IMG/VR virus record: IMGVR_UViG_3300025949_000001
Location: 51,996 to 115,995 of that record
Direction: 5' to 3' (one strand)
Source: a virus
DNA length: 64,000 nt
Positions 27,367 through 36,368 of this stretch are shown in pieces (position 1 is the first letter of the stretch; every line of letters starts with the position of its first letter). The notes beneath the pieces were generated by a model. It was not told the DNA's origin and searched no databases. It saw only the letters and a list, made by a program, of their open reading frames with translations. The position numbers were made by a program, and so were the translations under genes.

Positions 27367-27753
27367 GAACGGTCGCGCTCCCAGTCCTCGCCGAACACCA
27401 GCTCGTGGCTCGGCACGCCAAGCTGGCTCACTAGGAACAGCACCTGCGTCGGGGCCTCACGCGGCGTCTCGTCGGGCTCGACCTTGAACAGCGCGTCGAT
27501 CGGCCCTTCCGGGAAGGCCACCGAGCAGCGTGCGGGCGGCATGGTCGCCCCGTCGCGCAACCTGATGTCTACGGATCGCGAGAGGTTGGCGTCGGTCTGC
27601 TGCGCGAGCAAGCCGAGGGCTGTTTCCAGTGGCGAGCGCAGCACCATCTCGACGCGCGTGCTGTCGATCAACGCGGTGGGGGCCGGGCCAGGCGACCGTC
27701 AGGAGCATCTCGCGGGACGGGGTGAGGGGCATGGCTCAAGTGTCTCGCACGAC

Positions 27754-27919
27754 TGGTAGGCCGAGGGACTCGAACCCTCATCTCCCGAACGCGGACCAGG
27801 CCGCTCAGCCCCGGGCTCTAGAAACCCATCGCGCCCACGCGTCCGCGGGGAAACGCTGCGGCGTCGGAATCGCCGCTCGCCGCGACTGTCGGGTGTTCTG
27901 CCCGCTGAACTATCGGCCC
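27754..27919 (-). ncRNA. tRNA-like RNA with a 100-nt insertion in place of the anticodon loop
   Basis: GGGCCGA-TA-GTTC AGCGGGCA GAAC-A-CCCGA...TCGGG AGAT GAGGG TTCGAGT CCCTC GGCCT ACCA. Confidence 0.7.
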
Positions 27920-28085
27920 ATGACCGGCGTCGCACCTACTACGAGGATAGCCCGGCAAAGCGAAACGCCCCCAGCTCGAAAGCCGAGGGCGTTCGCCGGG
28001 TCTGCCGTCGTCCGCTTCACTGCTGCGGCACCGGACAGGACCCTCGCGGGCGGGGGCAGATCGCCCCCTCAATCGGTAGTCTCGC

Positions 28086-28201
28086 GGCGCGCCCGTCGGA
28101 GTCGAACCGACCCCTGACCCTTACCCCTGGGCCGTAGCCCTCAGGATTCCGGCTTGCGGGCCGGTCGAGTCAGATGCCACCCGTACACTTCCAGGCGCGC
28201 C
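28086..28201 (-). ncRNA. second tRNA-like RNA with a 50-nt two-hairpin insertion in the anticodon arm
   Basis: GGCGCGCCT/GGGCGCGCC acceptor; CTGAC/GTCAG stem; GTCGG TTCGACT CCGAC T-arm. Confidence 0.65.
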
Positions 28202-28211
28202 TACGGCCAGG

Positions 28212-28403
28212 TTACTCTTCCCATCCCGCCTGACATAGGCAAACGAGTTTGATCTCGTACCGTTCACGGCTGGTGGTCACGGTGTCGTTGTAGACCTCGA
28301 CATCGCAGGCACCCCAGCTGTGTTCTTCGCGTTCGTGGTCGCAGATGCACGTGCCCTGGAAGGTGGGGAACTCCTCCCAGCCGTCTTCGTCGTCCGCGCT
28401 CAC
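28212..28403 (-). CDS. small Cys/His-rich protein
   Basis: CICDH..EH...C...CLC; GTGA coupling. Confidence 0.55.
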   Translation of the reverse strand: MSADDEDGWEEFPTFQGTCICDHEREEHSWGACDVEVYNDTVTTSRERYEIKLVCLCQAGWEE

Positions 28404-28789
28404 AGCGTCTTCGGCTTCAGGTCCGCGACGTCCTCCACGTACGTGCCGCCGCCGTTTCCCGTGGCCGCCTTGCCATCGGGCAGGTAGTTCAGGAAATAGT
28501 CCAACCGGCCGCCGACCACCACCAGGTCGTAGCGCTGCAGCTTGCCCGTGAACCCCTCGCGGGCGCAGCCCCAGGCGCGCAGCAGCATGAACCGGTCGAT
28601 AGGCGCGGTGAACTGCGCGGTCTGGCCGCACCGCGAGCAGGTGGCGTCGGTGAGAGTGAACTCCGGCGCGGCAGGATGGGGGTGGGCGCCGGTAGTCTGC
28701 CAGTCGTGGCGCTCGCGGTCGTTTTTGATCCGCGTCGGGGTGGCCGGTTTGGCGTCCCGTGGTTCGGCTGCTCGCCGTCGCCAGTTCAT
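28400..28789 (-). CDS. hypothetical protein
   Basis: Operon position; CSRCG. Confidence 0.55.
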   Translation of the reverse strand: MNWRRRAAEPRDAKPATPTRIKNDRERHDWQTTGAHPHPAAPEFTLTDATCSRCGQTAQFTAPIDRFMLLRAWGCAREGFTGKLQRYDLVVVGGRLDYFLNYLPDGKAATGNGGGTYVEDVADLKPKTL

Positions 28790-28790
28790 A

Positions 28791-29174
28791 TCAAGCCTCG
28801 ATCTGTCGTCGGACGACTTCGCCGGGAACCGGTTCGCGAGACTTCGCTCCACGCACGAGCCAGACCCGCTCGCGCGGCTCGGCGCCTGGTCGACGGAAGT
28901 CGCCGCCCTCCCACGCGGAGACGATATCGATGTCGTGCTCCAGAATCCCCGAGAGCGCTTCGGCGACGCGCGGCATGTCCAACTCATCGCTGATGCCGTC
29001 GAGGTCTTTGCTAAACAGAGCGACCGCCCGCACCTGATCGTCGGGCGTGCGCCGCAACGGCATGACGACCGAGAAGAAATCGCCGTCCACCCGCCGCGCG
29101 GCGTCGATGAATGCCTCGACGCGGTCGGGATCGTCGTAGAGGAATGACGTGACGTGCACGTGCCGGTAGCTCAC
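28791..29174 (-). CDS. hypothetical protein
   Basis: GGAGG RBS, operon position. Confidence 0.55.
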   Translation of the reverse strand: MSYRHVHVTSFLYDDPDRVEAFIDAARRVDGDFFSVVMPLRRTPDDQVRAVALFSKDLDGISDELDMPRVAEALSGILEHDIDIVSAWEGGDFRRPGAEPRERVWLVRGAKSREPVPGEVVRRQIEA

Positions 29175-29175
29175 G

Positions 29176-29406
29176 TCAGCCTCCGATCGCGTGCTGGTCG
29201 CGCACAACCTCGCCATCTATCACGGTGGGCTTGGGTGTCGCCTTGATCCGATAGGCGAGGGATGGCGTGTCCTGCCAAATCATCATCTCGGTGCCCTCGA
29301 AATCCGTGATCTCCTCGGCTGTGATCATCACTTCGCCGCCGAGACGCGAGACGAGTATCCCGATCAGCCAGTTGCGCAGTTCGACGGCATCCGTTGGTCC
29401 GCTCAT
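29176..29406 (-). CDS. small hypothetical protein
   Basis: GGGGAG RBS. Confidence 0.55.
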   Translation of the reverse strand: MSGPTDAVELRNWLIGILVSRLGGEVMITAEEITDFEGTEMMIWQDTPSLAYRIKATPKPTVIDGEVVRDQHAIGG

Positions 29407-29621
29407 TGGCTCCCCGTTCCCGGGCGCTGGATCGTGAAATGCGTAGGCACCGTGAACGATTCGCCGGCGCCGCATCGGGAGCAAGTCCCAGCGAAGGTGA
29501 TGAAGTCGGGCTCGCGGGACACTCCCGGCGTGAACAGCGTCGGCCCGATGGAGTGGTGACGCCAGGAATGGCCGATAACGCAGCAGACCAGCCGCCGCCA
29601 GCGGGTACTTTTCCGATTCAA
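29403..29621 (-). CDS. DUF1660-like small phage protein
   Basis: RLVCCVIGHSW...CSRCG. Confidence 0.55.
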   Translation of the reverse strand: MNRKSTRWRRLVCCVIGHSWRHHSIGPTLFTPGVSREPDFITFAGTCSRCGAGESFTVPTHFTIQRPGTGSQ

Positions 29622-30025
29622 GGCGCCCCCGCCTCAGTCATCTGCTCCTCGACCGGTCCGGCTGGCGCTGGCCCGTTGTCCTCGGTGAGCATCTTCAGGA
29701 CCGTGGCCCGCGAGTAGACCGGGGCGGCGGTTCGGGCGATCTCGTTGCGCCCGACACCGTCCCGATCGGCGGCGGCGAGCGCGGCACGCAGCACGTCACG
29801 AGATGCAACGAATCGCTCGACGGCATCGTGCAGTGTGACCGACTCCAGGTCGATGTCGGCGGCGAGCACGAGGATCGGGTGGTCCGGGAACTGGGTGCCC
29901 ATCTGTTCGCCGATGCGCTCGATCTCGCCGTAATCCATGTCGGGCGGCACGCGCAGCAGGATCGTGTCGCCGGGATCGAGTGCGAGCCGGGACGCCTCGG
30001 CGAAACGGACCTCGACCTCAGCCAC
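29618..30025 (-). CDS. hypothetical protein with C-terminal HTH-like segment
   Basis: GVGRNEIARTAAPVYSRATVLKML. Confidence 0.55.
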   Translation of the reverse strand: MAEVEVRFAEASRLALDPGDTILLRVPPDMDYGEIERIGEQMGTQFPDHPILVLAADIDLESVTLHDAVERFVASRDVLRAALAAADRDGVGRNEIARTAAPVYSRATVLKMLTEDNGPAPAGPVEEQMTEAGAP

Positions 30026-30848
30026 GGTGTGTGACGCCTTCCCCGGCCGGCGGCAACCCGAGAGACGCGAGTAGTTGATCCCGCACGCGCCGCACGCCAT
30101 CCGGGCCCGTGTGAGCCTGGCACAGCGCCCGCAGCGGCCCTGCGCGGAAGTACTCGACCCACTCGGTCTGCCACCCGCAACGCCGACACTTGCCGTAGAG
30201 GCGCTCGTTGAACTCGTCCTCGGCGATCCCGCCATAGCAGTCCGGCCGGCCGCCGCTGCCCGCGGCCACGAGCCGGATCGGCTGCTTGAAGCGTTCCCGC
30301 CGCGCGTCCTGCCCGAGCGCATGCCGGTAGGCGGCGCGCACCAGCCAGGAACGCCGGTCCAATGCGACGCGTTCGGTTCGCCACCCGCAGGCGCAGACCG
30401 CTTCGAGGTCGGCGACACAGGAGGCGTACGGGTCGGTGACGGTGATCGCGCAGTCCTTGGTCGCGTCGCCGTATTCGAGAAGTGAGACCCTCGCCATGCG
30501 GTCGAGGGCTGTGTGCGGGACGTATTCCCAGGGGATGACGCCTTGTTCGGCGAGCCCGGTCGGGACGTGCTCGAGCAGGTTCCGCTCGCCCCGGTGCGCG
30601 CTCTCGCTCCAGCCGATCCGGACGGGCCGCAGCAGGCCTAGCTGATCCGTGTAGGTGATGGTGCGCAGCTGGTAGTACACGACATCATCGGTGACCGTGA
30701 CTGCCTTCTCTGGGTCGAACGCGGCGATGCTGAACGGCTGGGGTATGACGATCGCGTAGGAGTACTTGCACTCTTGCGGGATCGCGCGGGAGTGCCCAGC
30801 CATGGGGCCGTCGATCAGGATCGTGTCGCTGTTGACCGGCTCAGTCAT
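30018..30848 (-). CDS. hypothetical protein with two CxCGW Zn-finger-like repeats
   Basis: CACGWRTE..H and CRRCGWQTE..H. Confidence 0.6.
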   Translation of the reverse strand: MTEPVNSDTILIDGPMAGHSRAIPQECKYSYAIVIPQPFSIAAFDPEKAVTVTDDVVYYQLRTITYTDQLGLLRPVRIGWSESAHRGERNLLEHVPTGLAEQGVIPWEYVPHTALDRMARVSLLEYGDATKDCAITVTDPYASCVADLEAVCACGWRTERVALDRRSWLVRAAYRHALGQDARRERFKQPIRLVAAGSGGRPDCYGGIAEDEFNERLYGKCRRCGWQTEWVEYFRAGPLRALCQAHTGPDGVRRVRDQLLASLGLPPAGEGVTHRG

Positions 30849-31200
30849 CGGTGAGACACTCCCATCCCGCCGCGCGCAGCAGTTCGGCCGGATTGCCCCG
30901 CGCGGAGTTCCATGGCAGCCACATCAGCCGCCCGTCATCGCCCACCGGATCGGCGCGGGTGGCTGAGTCGAAGATCATCTGGACAACCTCGACCGCGACC
31001 GCGCCGTCCGGGCGCCACCAGCGACGTTTCACCGGCACGAGCGGGCCGTCATGTTCACCCCACAGTTGCACGTCGTCGCCGACGCCTGGTAGGTGCGCGG
31101 TGTCGATGGCGCGCTGCCACCAGGTGTCGTTGAGCGGCGCACCACCGACGCGTACGCCGGAGTGGTCGAGAACGCGCAGGCGCAGGATGACCTCAGCCAC
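30841..31200 (-). CDS. hypothetical protein
   Basis: GGAGGA RBS; overlaps neighbours. Confidence 0.55.
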   Translation of the reverse strand: MAEVILRLRVLDHSGVRVGGAPLNDTWWQRAIDTAHLPGVGDDVQLWGEHDGPLVPVKRRWWRPDGAVAVEVVQMIFDSATRADPVGDDGRLMWLPWNSARGNPAELLRAAGWECLTDD

Positions 31201-31546
31201 GGTACGTGATCCTCCCACCGTCGATGGTCGCGTCACCGATGGCCCCGAACTCGCGGGCGCACCAGGGCTGCTCGCGTCGGCGCGCCGCAGCCTCGTCGAG
31301 CAGCCGCTCCATTGCCTGCACCGAGGTGAGCCACGGGCCGCGCTGTTCGTGGCGCTGCTCACACCCGTCGCCGTGTTCGTGGATCTCGTAGCGGCCCGCT
31401 GCGGCCGTGGAACACGGGTGGCAGCAGTAGGCGACGCCGGTTTTCACCTGCCGGAAGCAGTCGGGCTTGTCGCACTTGTGCAGGCCGCTGTACGCGCCGT
31501 CTTCGGTGAGCATGGCCACGTACCTATCTGACTGGGTACCGTTCAT
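31193..31546 (-). CDS. Cys/His-rich hypothetical protein
   Basis: CDKPDC..YCCHPC..HEH..C. Confidence 0.55.
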   Translation of the reverse strand: MNGTQSDRYVAMLTEDGAYSGLHKCDKPDCFRQVKTGVAYCCHPCSTAAAGRYEIHEHGDGCEQRHEQRGPWLTSVQAMERLLDEAAARRREQPWCAREFGAIGDATIDGGRITYRG

Positions 31547-32058
31547 AGCCGCTTGACCCACTGGCGGCCATTGGCCTCCCAGGCTGCAGTGAACTGGTGC
31601 ACGTCCGGGGGTGCGTCGCCGCGGCGTTGCGCCGCCTGACAGAACTCCATGAACGCAACCGCGAGACGCGTCTCGTCATCGACTTCAACTGGCTCTTGCG
31701 TCCGGCTGCGGAACCTGGGATCGGCCGGTGCAGCGAACACGATGCGGGTCGCTCCGCCGTGCCCGTTGATCGCGGCCACGTCCTCGATGCTGTTCCAATT
31801 CACCGTCGAGGGCCGCTGCCCGCGCCAGCGGACCGTGACGGTGCCGTCCGGCCACAGCACGCCGTCGGCGACTCGGCCTGTGCCGGAAATCCCGGACACA
31901 TCAGTGTCGCGTTCGAGGGCGAACAGTCGCGGCGCGGGGATTTCGGGCCACGCGCTGTAGAGCAGGTCGTACGCCTCGAACCCGTCCTTGGCTTTGCCTG
32001 CGGCGTCCCAGCGTTCCTGTGGGGTGGGCTGCGTCATGTCGTCCATCGTGACACTCAT
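31543..32058 (-). CDS. conserved actinophage hypothetical protein
   Basis: RLFALERDTDVSGISGTGRVADGV.WPDG..RW...GHGGAT. Confidence 0.65.
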   Translation of the reverse strand: MSVTMDDMTQPTPQERWDAAGKAKDGFEAYDLLYSAWPEIPAPRLFALERDTDVSGISGTGRVADGVLWPDGTVTVRWRGQRPSTVNWNSIEDVAAINGHGGATRIVFAAPADPRFRSRTQEPVEVDDETRLAVAFMEFCQAAQRRGDAPPDVHQFTAAWEANGRQWVKRL

Positions 32059-32116
32059 TCGCCCCGCCCACCGCGCGGTACCGTGATCCCATCAACCGCC
32101 CAGCCCGGGAGCAGTC

Positions 32117-32710
32117 ATGCCGCGCGCCGCCGACACGAAAACCGACCCCGCTGCGGCGAAGACCGCCCAGGCCAAGTGCGACATGGCCGCCGTCACCCAC
32201 GCCGAGGCCGTCCTGCGCCTACCCGGAACTCCGTACGTCGTGCTCTCCTTCGACGGCCCCGTCGAGCCCGAGCGACTCGCCCAAGCCGCCGACCGGCTCG
32301 CGCGCCGCGACAAGGTGCCCGTCATCCTCGGCGGCGACGGCCTCAGGGTCAGCGAAATGATCGAGGAAGACGCGCTCGAGACCGTCGAGAAGACCCAAGA
32401 GCGGCAAGCGCAATGGGGTGAAGCCTTCGGCGCCGCACTCCAGGCGGTCGACACCTTCACCGCCGATGAACAGGCCGAACGCGCCGACGAGGACGGGGGC
32501 GTTGACGAAGACGAACCCGAACCGCAGCCCGCCGAGATCATCCTCGCGTACCTGCGCGAACACGGACCCGGCTCACCACAGGACATCGCCGCCGCCACCG
32601 GCCTGCCGCGGCGCACCACCACCGTGGAACTGGTGCGCATGACCAACGCGGGCACCGTGCACAAAAACGGACTGGCCTACGCCGTCAGTGCAGCCTCAGC
32701 AGAAGCGTGA
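32117..32710 (+). CDS. protein with C-terminal winged HTH
   Basis: ILAYLREHGPGSPQDIAAATGLPRRT..L.RM..G.V. Confidence 0.65.
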   Translation: MPRAADTKTDPAAAKTAQAKCDMAAVTHAEAVLRLPGTPYVVLSFDGPVEPERLAQAADRLARRDKVPVILGGDGLRVSEMIEEDALETVEKTQERQAQWGEAFGAALQAVDTFTADEQAERADEDGGVDEDEPEPQPAEIILAYLREHGPGSPQDIAAATGLPRRTTTVELVRMTNAGTVHKNGLAYAVSAASAEA

Positions 32711-33179
32711 CGATCACACCCAGCGTCGCGACCGCGCCCACCAGAATCACCCACCCCGCGTTCAACCCGCTGCTACGCCCCTGGCTCGTATCCATCCGGG
32801 TCGTCAGCGCCGCGAGCTGAGTCGCGACCACCTCCACCCGATCCGACACCGCCTTGATCTGCAGCAGGCCTTCGACCTTCGTCATAAACGTCAGAACCTG
32901 ATCGTTCAACTGCCCCCGGAACTCGTTCACCGCCGCGAACCTCTCGCCCGACGCGACCTCCGCCTTCGCCACGGCCTTCTCCTGCGCCGCCAACGCCGCG
33001 GCGATCGCCTCCTTCTGCGCGGCGAACGCGGCGCTCACCGCGATCTGCTGGTCCGCGAAACGCTGCCCCGTCAGTTTCTCCGCCGCCGCCAGGGAGATCG
33101 CGGCGACGTTCGCGGCGTGCTGGATCGCGGCGTCGGTGTAGACGCGCAGGATGTCGATCTCGCGCTGCGGCTGAGGCAT
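32685..33179 (-). CDS. coiled-coil protein with C-terminal TM (lysis-region)
   Basis: GGGAG RBS; ERFAAVNEFRGQL; C-terminal hydrophobic helix. Confidence 0.7.
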   Translation of the reverse strand: MPQPQREIDILRVYTDAAIQHAANVAAISLAAAEKLTGQRFADQQIAVSAAFAAQKEAIAAALAAQEKAVAKAEVASGERFAAVNEFRGQLNDQVLTFMTKVEGLLQIKAVSDRVEVVATQLAALTTRMDTSQGRSSGLNAGWVILVGAVATLGVIVTLLLRLH

Positions 33180-33193
33180 GGCGCTCCCTGCGT

Positions 33194-33360
33194 CTAGGGC
33201 GTGCGGCGCGGCAGCGGCACGAGCTGCAGCGGCCACAGTGCGGAGCGCGGCGCGGGGGCGGGGGATGGTGCGCTGGGGCGGTTGTAGCCGTGGGCGTCGA
33301 GACGGCGGGCGGATTCACGAGTCCCCGCATGGCGGTGAGCGTGACGGGGGTGACGGAGCT
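33194..33360 (-). pseudogene. displaced original 3' end of the collagen-like gene
   Basis: ...PAPAPRSALWPLQLVPLPRRTP* aligns in register with ...PKPTPKRWVDLLFGVPFYRRGM*. Confidence 0.55.
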
Positions 33361-33441
33361 TACCTGTCTTGAGCAGCACGAACGGCACCTCGGCACGCGC
33401 CAACCGGATAGAATGGAGCCTACTGGACTGAAGGGGTCTGA

Positions 33442-33936
33442 ATGGCTGCTATAGGGGGCGCTTACACGCCCATCAGCACCGAACGGCGCTTCGCCCTCAA
33501 GGTGGACAAGACGGGCGAAGGTGGCTGTTGGAACTGGACAGGGAAGATCAATGAGGGCGGATACGGGATCTTCACGATCAAGCACCACACCTTGCGCGCC
33601 CATCGAATCGCCTGGGAGTGGCATCATGCACTGCCGATTCCCGAGGGGCAGATCATCCGCCACATGTGCGATAACAGGCGCTGCGTGAACCCGTCCCACC
33701 TGGTTGCCGGGACGTATTCCGACAACAACGCCGACGCCGTGCGTCGGCAGCGCGCCGCGACGCTGGTTGGCGAGAAGGTGCCGTCGGCCAAACTGACCGT
33801 AGACAAAGTGCAGTGGGCTCGCCAGCAGTTCGATTCTGGGACGATGAGCAAGACGGCAATCGCCCGTGAACTCGATGTCGCACCAACGACGATCGATGCC
33901 GTCGTGTTGCGCAAGAGTTGGAAGCACGTCAAATAA
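33442..33936 (+). CDS. HNH homing endonuclease
   Basis: [33 protein letters not shown]; C-terminal HTH; TAGAAT upstream. Confidence 0.92.
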   Translation: MAAIGGAYTPISTERRFALKVDKTGEGGCWNWTGKINEGGYGIFTIKHHTLRAHRIAWEWHHALPIPEGQIIRHMCDNRRCVNPSHLVAGTYSDNNADAVRRQRAATLVGEKVPSAKLTVDKVQWARQQFDSGTMSKTAIARELDVAPTTIDAVVLRKSWKHVK

Positions 33937-33940
33937 CACG

Positions 33941-34798
33941 TCACATGCCTCGCCGATAGAACGGCACCCCGAACAGCAAGTCAACCCATCGTTTAGGAGT
34001 GGGCTTCGGGGTGCCGTTCTTCACCATTGGAGCCGACGCTGTCGCCGAGGATGCCGCAGGAACGCTCGGGGCAAGCGGGGAAGTCCCGGCCGATGGTATC
34101 GCTGATGACGTTAGTGTCTGCGATGGGGAAGCGGAGGCTGACGCAGATGCCGTGGATGTCGGCGGGCAGGTGTAATGAGGCGCCGGCGTCCCGTTGTCGG
34201 GTACGCACTCATACGTCACACCATTAACCTCGAAGGCCCAGCCCGCGGGGGGGCTGCCGGGGGCGCCATCTACACCTGGATTCCCCTGTTTTCCGTCTTG
34301 TCCATTTTCTCCCGGGCTACCGGGTGGACCGCTGGGCGCGGGGTGCGCGGCCATGTACGCGGCCACCGAAGCGTCGATCTGCGCCGCCGTCGCATCTCTG
34401 CCCGGCGCGGGCGGGTGCGCCGACAGATAACTCGCGACATCGGCCTCGACCTGCGCGGCGGAAACCCTCCCGGTTGGCGGGTTCGCGGCCAGGTACCCGT
34501 CGACCGCGAGCTGCACCTGCGCGTCCGACGGCCCCGGACCCCGAACACCCTGAGGGCCCGCGACACCCGAGACCACGGCTGCCGGCGGCGGCACGTTCGG
34601 CGTGGCGCCCAGCGAGATGATCTGCGCCCTGGCGGAAGCAACCGCCGCGGCGAGACCCTCCACCGCCGCGCCCTGCGCGTCGATCTTGCGGCCGTCCGCT
34701 TTCTGCCCCAGCAGCAGGAACACCACCAGGCCGAGGCCCAGCACGCCGCACAGCAGCCACGCGACGGGCCACCAGCGCGGCGAGAACCGGCCCTGCAT
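33941..34798 (-). CDS. membrane-anchored collagen-like protein (lysis cassette)
   Basis: N-terminal TM; GPPGSPGENGQDGKQGNPGVDGAPG; GVTYEC..YTC. Confidence 0.75.
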   Translation of the reverse strand: MQGRFSPRWWPVAWLLCGVLGLGLVVFLLLGQKADGRKIDAQGAAVEGLAAAVASARAQIISLGATPNVPPPAAVVSGVAGPQGVRGPGPSDAQVQLAVDGYLAANPPTGRVSAAQVEADVASYLSAHPPAPGRDATAAQIDASVAAYMAAHPAPSGPPGSPGENGQDGKQGNPGVDGAPGSPPAGWAFEVNGVTYECVPDNGTPAPHYTCPPTSTASASASASPSQTLTSSAIPSAGTSPLAPSVPAASSATASAPMVKNGTPKPTPKRWVDLLFGVPFYRRGM

Positions 34799-34800
34799 CG

Positions 34801-35139
34801 TCAATGACCTCCCTGATGGACGGCGGTGTACCAGGCGGCGGCGAGCACCGCCAGGATGCTCGCGATCCCCAGCACCCGCTGCCAGGTGATCTCGGAGCGC
34901 TGGCTGACGGACTTCTTCACGTCCGCGAGCGCCGCCATGACGATCTGGTGGCGTTCCTCGCAGTGCGCGTCCACCTCCGCGATGTCTTTCGCCAGGTGGC
35001 TGTTCTCCCGCGTCCACGAGTCGACGGACACGGTGGACTGGGCGAGGGTGTTCACGCGGGTGTCGATCGCGGACTGGTCTCTGCGCACGTCCTCGAATTT
35101 GCCGAGGATCTCGCGGTTGGTAAGGGGTTCGTCGGCCAT
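34801..35139 (-). CDS. coiled-coil plus C-terminal TM protein (holin-associated)
   Basis: GAAGGG RBS; single C-terminal TM. Confidence 0.65.
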   Translation of the reverse strand: MADEPLTNREILGKFEDVRRDQSAIDTRVNTLAQSTVSVDSWTRENSHLAKDIAEVDAHCEERHQIVMAALADVKKSVSQRSEITWQRVLGIASILAVLAAAWYTAVHQGGH

Positions 35140-35189
35140 GGTGCGGCCCTTCTGGTCGACCGGGGTCTGGGGCCGACGTGCGCGGGGTG

Positions 35190-35486
35190 TTACGTGTCGG
35201 TGCGGGCGGGCGCGGCGAGCGCGTCCTCGTGCTCGTTCACGACGCGCCGCACGACGGGCACGGGCATCGTCTTTTGCAACTGCCGGTACGCGGATTCGGT
35301 GACGCCGGCCAGCAGCGACCACAGGCCGGACCAGCCGGTGATGTGCCCGCCGGTGGCCAGCAGCTGCGCGCCGAGGGTGTACGCGAACACGCGCCCCAGG
35401 CGCCAGGCCTGCGCGGGCCAGTGGTGGTGCGCGGCTTCGAGCGCCAGGTCCGCGCGCAGCGAACGGAACACCGAGCCGACCGTCAC
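35190..35486 (-). CDS. putative holin
   Basis: Two hydrophobic segments; directly follows endolysin. Confidence 0.55.
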   Translation of the reverse strand: MTVGSVFRSLRADLALEAAHHHWPAQAWRLGRVFAYTLGAQLLATGGHITGWSGLWSLLAGVTESAYRQLQKTMPVPVVRRVVNEHEDALAAPARTDT

Positions 35487-36298
35487 GCCAGCACGTCCGC
35501 CCCGACGATCCCGGAGCCGGACTCCAGCAGCAGGGAGACCTTGTTGATCTGCGGCGGCAGCGGGATCTTCAAGGCTCCGGCGACGCGGCCCGCCGGGTGC
35601 GTGGCGACTGCCCATCCGGTTTTGATGTCGAACAGCGCGACACGCACCACGGCGTCGGCGAAGTCGCTGGCGAGCAGCAGTGTTGCGGTCTGCATGGTGA
35701 CCGCGCCGGGGTTGGTGAACACCACGGGCTTGTTGGGCTGCAGGTCGACGTGCATGTCGTTCTCCCGGTGGGCTGTGGCGGTGTGGGTCGGGGTGGATTT
35801 GGCTGCGACGATCTGGGTCGCGCGGTTCACGATCGCCTGGCGCTGGGTCAGGATCGGCGCCCCGGGGCAGTCGTAGTGGCCGCCGCCCGCCGCGCCCAGC
35901 AGTCCGTGCCCGATGACGCCCTCGCCGCGCGGGTCGTCGGTGACTTGCAGCTTGGTGCCGTGCACGCCATGGACCCAGGCGAGGATCTGCGCGGCGTTCT
36001 CTATCTGTGAGGCGGTCAGGCTGTCGCCTGAGTGGCCTTCGTTCTCGATCGAGATGCCCACCCCGTTGTAGGCGGCTTCGGCCCACGCCACTTGGCTGGT
36101 GTCGACCCACTGGTCGGGTTTGCCGGTTTTGGGGTTGCCGAAGTGCGCTGAGACCTGCGCGGCGGGGTTGTGGATCCAGGCGTCGCTGCCCGCCTCGCTG
36201 CCGTCCTGGATGTGGATGACGAAGAGGCGGTACTCGGTCATGGCGCCGCCCACGTTGGGTACGGGTCCGCGCCAAGTGGCGCCGGGGTATCTGCTCAT
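35483..36298 (-). CDS. N-acetylmuramoyl-L-alanine amidase endolysin
   Basis: VIH, SAHF, ISIENEG, VIGH..HYDCPG Zn ligands. Confidence 0.88.
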   Translation of the reverse strand: MSRYPGATWRGPVPNVGGAMTEYRLFVIHIQDGSEAGSDAWIHNPAAQVSAHFGNPKTGKPDQWVDTSQVAWAEAAYNGVGISIENEGHSGDSLTASQIENAAQILAWVHGVHGTKLQVTDDPRGEGVIGHGLLGAAGGGHYDCPGAPILTQRQAIVNRATQIVAAKSTPTHTATAHRENDMHVDLQPNKPVVFTNPGAVTMQTATLLLASDFADAVVRVALFDIKTGWAVATHPAGRVAGALKIPLPPQINKVSLLLESGSGIVGADVLA

Positions 36299-36368
36299 GC
36301 GGGTCGGCCTGCTTTCTACGCGAAGGGCCACCACCGGATGTCGGCAGTGGCCCGTTTGCGCTCGGTCG

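Larger units (their letters stand above)
25357..27372 (+). mobile_element. IS607-family insertion sequence
   Basis: tnpA plus tnpB; GG at both junctions (GAGCGG | ...GGAACGG); TCTCAGT direct repeats near the left end. Confidence 0.9.
25263..27732 (-). pseudogene. phage gene split by IS607 (with an apparent +1 frameshift at G5, 27678-27682)
   Basis: Removing 25357-27372 restores ...GEDWERDRSEWTHTGDGQDVISFRPKPQPWEATQYPD*. Confidence 0.7.

Noticed and set aside
27754-28201. Standard decoding tRNAs or an attachment site
   Set aside because: No 7-nt anticodon loop, no duplicated 3' half and no integrase seen.
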